A stretch of 64,000 nt of DNA from Chlorokybus atmophyticus. Taxonomy: Eukaryota; Plantae; Mesostigma and Chlorokybus algae. The notes under the pieces were generated by a model. That model saw only the letters and a program-made list of their open reading frames with translations. It made no database searches and was not told where the DNA came from. Positions 22,106-33,776 of this stretch are shown here, piece by piece (position 1 is the stretch's first letter; every line of letters starts with the position of its first letter). The DNA lies in assembly GCA_009103225.1 (NCBI GenBank), contig RHPI01000810.1, positions 62,001-126,000 on the forward strand, written 5' to 3'. The position numbers and the translations under genes were made by a program.

Positions 22106-23064
22106 CGCGCACGAGGTCGCAGTGGGAGCCGTTACCCACGTACGCGCGGACTTGTGTGTACATGCCTTGCCATCAAAATTGCGCCGGCACCAAGCTAACG
22201 GTGCGCCTGACACCAAATTGGCCCAGCTAAGTGTGGAGGGCGGCGATAATGCCCTCGCGCAAGTGTGGTGCGGGCACCTCTTTGTCTTTGATACGAATGC
22301 GACGCAGGAGACGTCCGTCCTGCCAGTGGTAGTACTGGGTGCGCTGGTTGACCCGATCGCGCTCTTGTGTGCTGAGTCCTACCGGAACTTGTCCTTGTTG
22401 TAGGATGGCCAAGGAGTTGACGTTGAGCCAGATGTCCTGCCTTAGGTCCGTGGGAGGGAGGTCGATGTTGTCGACAACCCCCTCGTCGGTCCTTCGGAGC
22501 AGACTCCAGCGCATGCATGTTTAGGTTGGTAGCATTGTTGGCGCTGGTGGATGCGCCTGCCTCTGTAGTGGCAGTGGTGCGGCTTGAACGCAACGCAGCT
22601 ACGGCGAACATTGTGCTTACCTGAGGTGGAGGGGCTGAAGACCCCAGCTCGTGTCGCGCCCCCGTAGCGTCGTCGATGGAGAAGTGAAAATTGCGACTGA
22701 GTCCGTCTATGTCCAAGTTAGCAAGGCCGGCGTGGTGCTCGATTTTGAAGTCGTGCTCTTGCAGTCCTAGAGCCCAACGCGCAAGCTTGCCAGTGAGATG
22801 CTAATTGGTCATCAGCCAGCGAAGAGGCTGATGATCGGTGATGAGCCAAAATTGTCGACCTAACAGGAATGGCATAAAAAAAGAGATAGCCCACACAGTA
22901 GCGAGGCATTCGCCCTCGTAGCTGCTGTAGTTGGCCTCGGCAGCGTTGTTGCTACGACTGGCGTACAAGACGACTCGCTCTTTCTTGTTGTCGTCGTGTT
23001 GTACAAGCACAGCTTTCGTGCTGAGCTTGCTCCAGTTGGTGTGCAGCACGAAGGGCTTGATGTA
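22106..23064 (-). pseudogene. RNase H and integrase H2C2 region of the outer element
   Basis: YASRSNNAAEANYSSYEGECLATVWAISFFMPFL...TDHQPL, collinear with 10250-11230. Confidence 0.85.
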
Positions 23065-24561
23065 CACTGGTAGAAATGGCCCCCCAACATTTCGGCCTTG
23101 CCCACAATTTACATGGAGATCCAGTTATAACTTAATTAGGGATCCATATGCAAGCAACATATCCATTTTTGCACTTTTTGCTGCTGCAGCCACAATTTGG
23201 TTTGGTATCGAGCTGCCATTAACGTCAACTAGCTGGTGTGCATTAAGTTCGATATCCGTCTTGTCTTGAACTTAATGATAGCCACATCCTAAACTAATTT
23301 TTGGTTACATCATGTAATAAGGAGATTAATCTTAACGCGTAATCTAATTGAAAATGTTATGGCCGCAGTTCGCGTCGAAAAACCAAAAGAGCCACGGCAC
23401 ACGGGTTTTCGTCTCTCCGTCGCTAAGTTTCGAACCTGCGCGGCAGAACCTGTTGGATTAGCAAGCAACATGATACGACCTACCGAGCGACCAGCTAGAC
23501 TACGACGACACGAGCCACCCTACAATGCGTTCATAAGCATATGACCTACAGCGGCTGCCTCATATTGTCTCACGTGCCGCAATGCATGCATCACGCATGC
23601 ACCAACAGCTGCATACAACGGCACTACCGGTATATGTATATATACATATATATATACATACACACATATACATATATATAGTCATACATATAACCATATT
23701 TTTGTATATACATATATATACCGCGGTTTTCATATATATATACCACTTGTATCAAAACGATAAAGGTGAAGGTGGATTTTACCTATAAAGGTGACTTGGG
23801 GAGAGAGACTTTGTTCGACTTGCCGTTTTGTCCAATCACAGCGCGAGATTACCGGCAAATATTTGCATTATGCGCCCTGCGTCACCTGCTGAGGCAAGGT
23901 TGGTTGCGGAGTTCTGGTCAAGTCTTTACATGTTTACCTCATGTGCTACCACGGTTTACCAATCATTATACATGCAAGTCGCAGCCTTCTACTTCCTTGC
24001 CCCGCGGCCTGCTACTAGCAGGCCGCGGTGCAAGCCATCAATAGGCCGCGGGGTTGAACCGGCAATTTGGCAATGATGAGGTCGTCGAAAATTATTATGG
24101 TTTGTAACAATGCACAGATCGATCCTAGCGTTCCGAGTTTATTATGTATGAAGTCTCGTATTGTTGATGGAACCGGTCACAATTTTAATGATGATGTGTA
24201 CAGCTCTAGCATGCAATTTGAACGCATTGTAATGTTATCGTCGAGTCCTCAACTGCGTTCGGGAGTAAAGACGCATTGTTAACGAATTGGTCACAACTGT
24301 AAATGCGACTTACACACTCTTTCTCACGGCCCGAACCCTTGATTACGTAAACACCGAATCCTTAACATTGTTGGGGATCCGGTACTTACGATCGTCACCG
24401 GCGGATTGAGGTTTGTGACAGGTTGCAATAAAATTCCGGCTGCAGCTACAACGTATATACGGATCCATCATAAATTTACGAAATCCGCAAATAATGTCCG
24501 GCTTCGTCCATTACAAAGTTGCGGAACCAACCAGATTTGCCAAAACCCATTTCTACCGGTG
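23065..24561. mobile_element. Non-autonomous CACTA element, copy 3 (1497 bp)
   Basis: TIR CACTGGTAGAAATGG / CACCGGTAGAAATGG; TSD GTA (23062-23064, 24562-24564); internal TA/CA microsatellite near 23630-23740. Confidence 0.9.
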
Positions 24562-26824
24562 GTAGTCCGGTCGCTGTAGGATGGGGGCTGATGTCAGCCT
24601 TTGCTTCAGCGCGTCGAAGACGGCTTGATGTACCATCTTCCAATCTCATCCCGCTTCCTTCCTCAGCACAAAGCGGCAAAAGTAGTTAGCCAGCCCCAGG
24701 AAAGCACGAAGCCGAGTGAGGTCCGTCGGGGCTGGGATGGCGGTCAATGGCTCCACCTTGGCCTGCTGCACATGCACGCCGTCAGGCACTATCATGTGCC
24801 CTAGATTATTATCTTGTGTGTGAAGAATGTGCACTTGTTTGGGTGGATAGTCATGCTGATCGTTTTGACTCTGCGAAGCACCTCTTCGGTGTGTAGCAGG
24901 TGCTCCTTAAGTGTGTGGCCGAAGATCAGTATGTCGTGCATGTAGCAACGCGCGAAGCCACAGCCCTTGAGCTTTATCCATGACCCGTTGGAACTTGGCG
25001 GGTGTCTTCCTTGGTCCGAAAGACATCACCTTCCATTGGTACAGCTGGCGATTGCCTCAGAACGAGGTCTTGTGCTTGTCCGCAGCCTTGATCTCTATCT
25101 AATTGTATCCCTGTCTCGTGTCGAGGATGCTGAACATGGTGCAGGAACCGACGTCGTCGAAGATGCCTTCAGCCGTGGGCATGGGGTAGCGATCTTGTTT
25201 TGTTTTGCCTGTCTGTCCAGGTGCCATTGGAGTCCTTCTTGAGTGGCATAACGGTGGCGGCAGCGAAGTTTGAGGTGGATTCTTCTATAAGACCGGCCTC
25301 AAGCAATGCTTGACAACGCTGCTCCACCAGATCCTCCTCAAGCTTGGACAGCTTGTATTGCCGTATGAACACCGGTTCCTCGTCGACGAGGTCGATGTTC
25401 ATCTCGTACACACTGCATTTGCCTAACTCCTTGACGTCGAAGAACTGCGCCCTCCACTTGTCCAGCAGCTACTTGAGCTGCTCGCAAAAGTCGCGTGTAG
25501 CGGGAGGGCCTAGTGCGTGTTCCTATGAAGCGGAGTTGGCTTTCACCGGGATGTCCTCCACTGCGACTGCACCCTGCTCCTCCATGCGCCGTCGTCTCCA
25601 AAGCTGTGTAGACCGCCGTCGCATGATGTGGGCGCTCTACCCACCCCCCAATCATGTGATGCATATCCTTGAGGTTCACATAAGTCTTATATAGCGAAGC
25701 AGAGCTCCAGCAGCCAGACCATACTGTTTTGGTCCATGGCGCGGCCGAGGAGTTCTTGTTGTTGGCGCTCTATTAGCCCTGCATCTGTTACGCTGCTAAC
25801 AAAGAAACCCATATCGCGCGTTCACGAGCGTTAGGTTCTCCAGGCTATCAGTGGTGCTATCGAACACCATGCCGTCGCCTTCGTTGCGGAAAGCGTACGA
25901 GCCAGGATATACGACCAGTGTGGGTAGGGCCTGACGAGGTTGGCCAGAGGTGTTGTATTGAAAAAAGTCAGAGTGGTCGGCGTCGGGTTACGCGCTGTGC
26001 AGTGCGCCCGGGGTCTAAGATGTCGTTAACCAGCAGGTTTGGCGGGTGTGTGCTGAGAAAGTGCTCAGGCACCATCAACTCCTCCACAGCGGCGAGGTTC
26101 GTCCACTTGGCGCATATGCGATGTGCACACGAGCCGTGCAGCGTTCACCATGGCCGAGTGTCCAAGCAGGGAACATATGACGCGGTAGTCATGCCGCACC
26201 GAAGCATGCCTGTAATCCTCGGAGTGCACGTTCTCGATGACATATGGTAATGGCCTCAAGATTTGGTGCCGCTGCAAGATATTGATGATACGCAGCACTT
26301 GTCAAAATAGGTTGGAGCGGGGGTCTTACAGACCTTTTTCAGAGTCTACGCGAGAATGTCCTTGACACTCCCACCCTGCCACCAGCAGGTCCGCATCGCC
26401 CAAGGTCAGCAAGTGGCCTTTTGAGATGAGCTTAATGTCTTGTGGTAAGACTTTGAGGCTGCCTTGCAGTGCTGATGACGGTAGCTGCTGGGGATAACGT
26501 ATATATAACGTATATGCAATTTACATAAGTGGTGTCAGACTGCTGCCTGAGCTGTGAGGTCCAAGTCGCATTTGTGGTAGTGGTTGATAGTCATACCCGT
26601 GTTTAGTATAGCTGCCAACCCACTTTCGATGCCGCCGAAAAGCTCCACCATCGTAATGCCCTGTTTGCGCCTGAAAATGTGAAACTCGACAACCCCAAAT
26701 GCCAAGCATTACTGGTCGAACACATCAACAGCTTGCTGGTATGGCGGGAAGCGTGTTACCACTGGCTCGTAATGCAGCAGCACATGCGCAGCGATAATGG
26801 CATTGGTACGCCGCTTAGCGGGGT
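24562..26824 (-). pseudogene. Degenerate DNMT-RT segment of the outer element (DNMT about 25690-26690)
   Basis: GITMVELFGGIESG, DLLVAGWECQGHSR, YVIENV, LLGRAMDQ; RT FIRQYKLSKLEEDLVEQRCQALLEAGLIEE; multiple frameshifts. Confidence 0.88.
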
Positions 26825-29800
26825 TGTAACAGTCGAGGCCAAGTTTTAGGGGATTTAGGACCTTTTTGGGCCCATTTATCGAGCACCACGTTTTCATGAC
26901 TTGTGGCAGATATCGGCGAGTTACGAGTCTGCCGCGGATATCGACCGGGGCCCCAGGACCAGTCCTGAAGGTGCCCAGAAACGGAGGGCCAGTCGAGAAG
27001 GGCTTGACCAGATTTCTGGAAGGGCCTGGCGCCAAGTAGTATAACTTGACCATATGAGCACCTACTCAGGAGATCTTGGTGCGTAAGAAAGGTCCAGAAG
27101 TATACTACAAGGTTATGCAATAACATCTTAGCATCTAGTTTTGTGTAGCACAGGAATCGTCTAGACAGTAGCATGTGCAGACTGGTAGGTATAAAAGCGA
27201 CACTCCTAAAATGTGCAATACAACCTTTAGCTCCCTAGTTTCTGGTGTGCAAGCTTGGTGGTGGTTAGCAGAGGTTACTAGCGTGTGTCCACTGGTGTGT
27301 GCTTGCTTGTGTGACGATCAAAGGCACTACACAAGTCGGTGTGTAGCTTCGAGCGCATGCGCGTGCGTACGCGAGTGGCGGGGCGCGCGTGTGTGCTTGG
27401 CAACGGGGGCAAGGTTCCGGTGCGAATAACAAGTCTTGGTGAGAGGGTTGTTGATTGGACCACATTACAGGTGACAAGGCACGAGCACCGTCACAAGTGT
27501 TATTGGAGCACGGTTTACCAAGGTGAGAGAAGAAGTGTGTGGGCGTTTACACTTTTTTATTCGGAAGTGGAGTGTAGTGTGTTAGTGGAGATGGAGGATG
27601 CTCGCATGGAAGAGTTTCAAGCTGCCATCTTAGCATTGAGGGAAGAGCTTCATCACACTCAAACGGCGGCACAAGCACAACGCGAGGCGTATGAGCATGC
27701 GATGGCGCGTGTACAAGTTCCCATGGCATCAAGCTCGCGCGTGCATGTGACGGTGCCAAAGCCCAAGCCATTCAAGGGTCAACGTGATGGAGATGCAATG
27801 GACGAATGGATTCTTGAAGTAACGTCTTGGTTGAAGCTCACGGAGGTGCCCACGCATCTGCACGTGGAGGTTGCAGCGACATTGCTTGAAAGTGCAGCAC
27901 TTGTATTGTGACGGTGCTCGTGCCTTGTCACCTGTGAGTTGGTCCAATCCACAACCCTCTCATCAAGACACGGTATTCACACCGGAACCTTGCCCCCTCT
28001 GCCAAGCACACACGCGCGCCCCGCCACTCGCGTACGCACGCGCATGCGCTCGAAGCTACACACCGACTTGTGTAGCGCCTTGGATCGTCACACAAGCAAG
28101 CACACACCAGTGGACACACGCTAGTAACCTCTGCTAACCACCACCAAGCTTGCACACCAGAAATTAGGGAGCTAAAGGTTGTATCGCAAATTGTAGAATG
28201 TCACTTTTATACCTACCAGTCTGCACATGCTACTGTCTAGACGATTCTAGCGCTAGACGAAACTAGAAGCTAAGATATAATTGCAGAATCTTGTAGTACA
28301 CTTCTAGACCTTTCCAACGCACCAAAGATCTCCTAATTTGCTGCTCATATGGTCAAGTTATACTACTTGGCGCCAGGCCCTTCCAGAAATCTGGTCGAGC
28401 CCTTCTCGACTGGCCCTCCGTTTTCTGGCACCTTCCGGATTGTTCTTGGGGCCCCGGTCGATATCCACGGCAGACTCATAACTCGCCGATATCCGCCACA
28501 AGTCATAAAACATGTACCTTACAAATAAGGCCTAAAACGGCCATGAAAATCACAAAATTTGGCCTTGACTGTTACATGTATGGTGGAGACATCGTTGTAT
28601 GTGTTTTGGAAGTGGGTTGGCGCTACCATTGACCACCATGGAAGAGTTGGCGCTGGAGATCAGGCATCCGTTTGTTCCCGTGGAGAGTGTGAAGGCCGCA
28701 CGCGATAAAATTGCAACCCTTGTGCAAACGAGGTCGCTGACGGCGTACACGGCTATGTTCAAGCATTGGTGATGTCCATTACCAACATGACCGAGGAAGA
28801 GCAGTTGGACAGGTATACACATGGTTTAATACCTTTGGGACGCAAAGAAGTGGAGCTACGGGATTCTAAAACTATGGCGAAAGCTATACGCATTGCGGAG
28901 CGTCTCGACGCGTTGTACTTCAAATCTTTTGCAACGAATGCTGACTGAGGCGTGGGAGCAAGCAAGAGCATGGTGATCAGCCTAGGGGAAGCTTTCAACA
29001 TGCATGGACACGAAGGGAATCAGGTTCACAACTTGCAAAGGAGGGTGGAGCTGATTTTGGACCATCACCAATTGAGATGGGTGCCGTACACACGCGTAAC
29101 GGCGTGGCGAAGCACGATGGACATGGTAAGGCAGGTAGCAGCGTGCGCAAGTGTTACGTGTGCGGTTCAACACAACATTTGGCGGTCAATTGCTGAAAGC
29201 GGCGCACGCAAACGTCTGCATCAGCTTGCAACACATGTATCGCGCGACGCATCAACGCAATGAAGGAAAATGGCGTGGAGGATCAGGGAAACGACTGACT
29301 GCCCCCAGTAGGTAAGGAGGCTACTGCTGGGGATGAGGGGGAGCCTCACGCACAAATGAAGATTGTGACATCGCAACCAAGGAAGAAAATGGAGGTGGCT
29401 ATGAACACGCCCATGGTGGTAAGTTATGCAAGCGAGAAGGCAACAAAATACGTTGGGCTATTAGCATTTGCGATGACCGAGGACAATGGAGGGAGTGCAA
29501 CCTTATGGTTGATAGTGGAGCAAACATCAACTTCATGAGTGAGGAGGTTGCTTGGCGCTACGGTTGGCTTTCATCATTATGAGGAGGAGAAGTGAAACTC
29601 GCTAATGGGGAACCACCCTCTGAAGGTACCGGTGCTGCTTTTGTAACTAAGGAAATGTGTGTTCACATGGGGAAATTGACGGAGAGTATGCGTTTCTGCT
29701 GCATCACCCTACGGAACGGGTTTGATGGAATTTTGGGACTACCGTGGCTGTGGCAACGTAACCCATCTATCAATTGGAAGAAGCGTGTGCTCACCATCGA

Positions 29801-32800
29801 GGGGAAACGATGGAGAGTCCATTCAAGGTCTACGCGCGTGCTCCATCAAAGTGGAAGACCACTCTTGCGAGGAAAGCAAGAAGGGCTTTGTCATAGGTGC
29901 GCTGGACGTCGCTAAGGCAATATGCGCACGTGTGTTTAGCACCTGCAAGGGGATACAAGCACCGGAAAGGCACGGCACGCGCAATCAGGTGGGATAAGCA
30001 TTGCTCAAGTTTCCTATGTGCAATCGAGGAGGCTGCTATCCCCACAAAAAGCGAAGGATGCATGGTTGTGTGTGGTGCGTCAGAGCACATAAAAACAGTA
30101 CCGAAGCTGAGTGACTGCACTGAGACAGCTACGATGGACTCCGAGGTGTGCAAACTTGTTCAGGACTACCAAGATATCATGGTGGACGGACTTCCAGCTG
30201 AACTGCCACCCTGACGGAGCGTTGATCACCGTGTGGAGTTGACTGAGGGCATGCACAAGCCACCCAACATGCCTGTATATAAGTTGTCGCTTCTGAAGTA
30301 AGAGGAGGCCGAGAAGCAGATCAGAACGGACCTTCCAAAAAGAGGTTACATCCGGCCAAGTGACACACCTTATGGTGCACCAATACTGTTTGTGCGAAAG
30401 TAAAACGGAAGTTTGCGTATGTGCATTGACTACGGAGCGCTCAACACCATTGCAAAGAAGAACTGCTTTTCACTACCGCGTATTGACGAGTTGCTGGAGC
30501 AGCTACAAGGTGCGCAATACTTTACAACACCTAATCTTGCTGGAGGTTATCATCAGATCCGCATCGCACCTGATGACGTGGAGCAGACAGCGTTCAACAC
30601 GCGCTATGGACATTATGAGTAATTAGTAATGTCGTTTGGGCTTACCAACGCGCCAGCGACATTTCAGACGTTGATGAACAACGTTTTTGCTGACTTGCTG
30701 GGTAAGGGAGGCCTCGTGTACCTCGACGACATTCTAGTGTACTCGAAGACAAAGGACGAGCATGCGAGTCTTTTCAGCGCGTGTTGCAGCGTTTACGCGA
30801 GCACAAGTTGTACGCTCAGCTATAGAAGTGCCTGCTACGCGAGGTGGAGCACCTGGGCCATATTGTGTCACACGAAGGGATCAAGCCGGACCTCAACGAA
30901 GTGCAAGTGGTGCGCGAATGGTCTGCCCCGGCCAACGTGAAGGAGGTAATGTCGTTCTTGGGCCTTAAGGGGTATTATCGCAAGTTTATCATGGGATTTT
31001 CGTGCATTGCGGCCCCTTTGACCACCCTACTCAAGAAAGGGAAGTCTTGAAGCTGGTCTACAAAGGAAGAGCATGCATTTGCTGCGCTGAAGAAGGCGTT
31101 GACTGAGGCAGCCGTCTTGGTTCACCCTGATATGGACAAACCCTTCATTTCAGCTTGTGACGCATCCGACACAGCTGTGGGAGCGGTGTTACAACAAGAC
31201 CAAGGCATGGGTCTTCAGCCAATAGCGTTCTTCAATAAGAAACTGAGTGGAGCAGAGCTGAACGACCTTGTGCACGAGAAGGAGCTATTTGCGCAAGTGA
31301 TGGCGATGCGACAATGGCAATGCTTCCTTGAGGGCAAAAGGTTCGTGCTGGAGATGGACCATTCCCCGTTGAGGTACTTACAGACACAACCACATCTGAG
31401 CCGGAGACAAGCGCGGTGGTTGGAGTTCTTTCGACTTCTTGATTTTGAAATTAAGTACAAGCCCGCTACATCTAATAGTGTGGCCGACGCGCTAAGCCGG
31501 TTGAATGCGATTGAAGCACTCGCTCAAGTGCAACCGGAGTGGGCCGACCAGATCCCACAAGTGCTTTGCGAAGACACAGAAGGTAGGAGAGTCTTGCGGG
31601 ACATGGAGAGCACAGCAACGGACACAAGTGGACATTGGACAAAGCAAGATGGCCTACTATGGCATCATGGCCGCTTGTACATCCCCAATGTTGCACATAT
31701 ACGCGTTCAACTTTCAAAAGAAGCTCATGACGTACCCATTGCTAGCCACCAAGGAGTGGAGAGGACGTTGGCAAGCTAGAAACAACGATTTACTGGCGGG
31801 AGATGCATTGTGATGTACGCGACTATGTGGCGTTGTGCGACGCATGTCATGGGTGAAAGCAAGCAACAAAAAGTCAGGTGGGTTGCTACAACCTCTTTCC
31901 GTGCCATTATCCAAGTCAGAGCAAGTTACTACGGACTGTATTACGGGGCTGCCGAAGACAATAGAAGGGTACGACACAATACTCGTGTCCGTAGACAAAA
32001 CCAGCAAAATGGTATGTATGGCACCGTGTTGTGAGTCTTGCACAGCACTAGAGGCAGCAAGCTTGTTTGTGAAGCATGTCTTTCGTTCCCATGAACTACC
32101 ATGACGCATTGTGAGCGATTGTGGTCCCCGCTTCACAAGTAAGTTTTGGGAGGTGCTGCATAGTGCACTGGGTACTACCTTAAAGTTTAACACGGCTTTC
32201 CACCTGCAAACTGATGGTCAAATGGAGCGAGCCAACCGTGTGATTGAAGATATGTTGCGCTGCTACATGAATGCACGGCAAGACAAATGGGCGGAATTGC
32301 TGGAAGTGATGAAATTTGCCATCAACTACCACACCGATGCAAGCACGGGTGTCAACCCCTTTCGCATGAACTACAGCCAACACCCGCTCACACCGGTAAC
32401 GGCGTGAACACCGCGACGAAGTGACGTTCATGTGGAAGCGGTAAGCGATTTTCTTACAACGTGTGCGGACATCAACAAGGCAGCGAGAGAGGCGCTATTC
32501 GTGGCACAATATTGGCAAAAACATTATGCAGACGCGCATCGCTGACATGTCACATTTTGAGAAGGCGACATGTTATTGCTTTTTGCAAGGAGCTTACACG
32601 TGCGTGCTGGAGTTCACAAGTTAAGTGAGCGCTGGCTTGGGCCATTTCAAGTCATTAAAGTGATTTCGGACATGGCGTACAAGATGCATCGGCCCGACTC
32701 TATGCAAATCCACCCTGTCTTTCACATGTCCCTGCTGAAATCATATCCGGAGAGCCTCCATTGCGTCCACCGCTTAAGTTGGTTACGAAAGGTTATATGG

Positions 32801-33776
32801 AATACGAAATGGAGGACATATTGGGCGAGAAGACGGTGCGCAACGTGCGCAAATATTCGGTGAAGTGGAAAGGCTACCCGATGCATGAAGCCACTTGAAA
32901 ACCGGAGGAGCACTTGGCAAATGCACAACATATCCTGCATCAGTATTTGCAACGAGGATCAGAGAATCCTCGAAAGCTTTGAGGACGAAGCTCACATAAG
33001 GGGGAAGGAGTGTAACAATCGAGGCTAAGTTTTATGATTTTAAGACCTTTTTTGGCCCATTTATCAAGCACCACGTTTTCGACTTGTGGCAGATATCGGC
33101 GAGTTATGAGTCTGCCGCGGATATCGACCGGGGCCCCACGACCAGGCCCATTTATGGCCCATTTATCGAGCACCACGTTTTTTACTTGTGGCAGATATCG
33201 GCGAGTTATGTCTGCCGCGGATATCGACCGGGGCCCCACGATCAGTCCGGAAGGTGCCAGAAAACGGAGGGCCAGTCGAGAAGGGCTCGACCAGATTTCT
33301 AGAAGGGCCTGGCGCCAAGTAGTATAACTTGACTATGTGAGCACCTAATCAGGAGATCTTTGGTGCGTAAGAAAGGTTCAAAAGTATGCTATAAGTTTAT
33401 GCAATAACATCTTAGCATCTAGTTTTGTGTAGCACGGGAATCGTCTAGACAGTAGCATGTGCAGACTGGTAGGTATAGAAGCGACATTCTACAATGTGCA
33501 ATACAACCTTTAGCTCCCTAGTTTCTGGTGTGCACGCTTGGTGGTGGTTAGCAGGGGTTGCTAGCGTGTCCACTGGTGTGTGCTTGCTTGTGTGACGATC
33601 CAAGGCGCTACACAAGTCGGTGTGTAGCTTCGAGCGCATGCGCGTGCGTACGCGAGTGGCGTGGTGCGCTTGTGTGCTTGGCAGAGGGGGCAAGATTCTG
33701 GTGTGAATACCAAGTCTTGGTGAGAGGGTTGTTGATTGGACCAACTCACAGGTGATAAGGCACGAGCACCGTCATA
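26825..33776 (+). mobile_element. Chromovirus (Ty3/Gypsy with chromodomain), degenerate, with conventional LTRs
   Basis: LTRs 26825-27495 and 33011-33776; TSD GGGGT (26820-26824, 33777-33781); PPT AAGGGGGAAGGAG; gag with [25 protein letters not shown] (about 30720), RNase H, integrase, chromodomain (YSVKWKGYP..EATW, about 32800-32950). Confidence 0.92.
27907..28576 (-). mobile_element. Solo LTR of the same chromovirus family inserted antisense into its own gag
   Basis: 670-bp reverse-complement copy of the LTR; TSD TGTAT (27902-27906, 28577-28581); removal restores AALVWWR. Confidence 0.92.
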
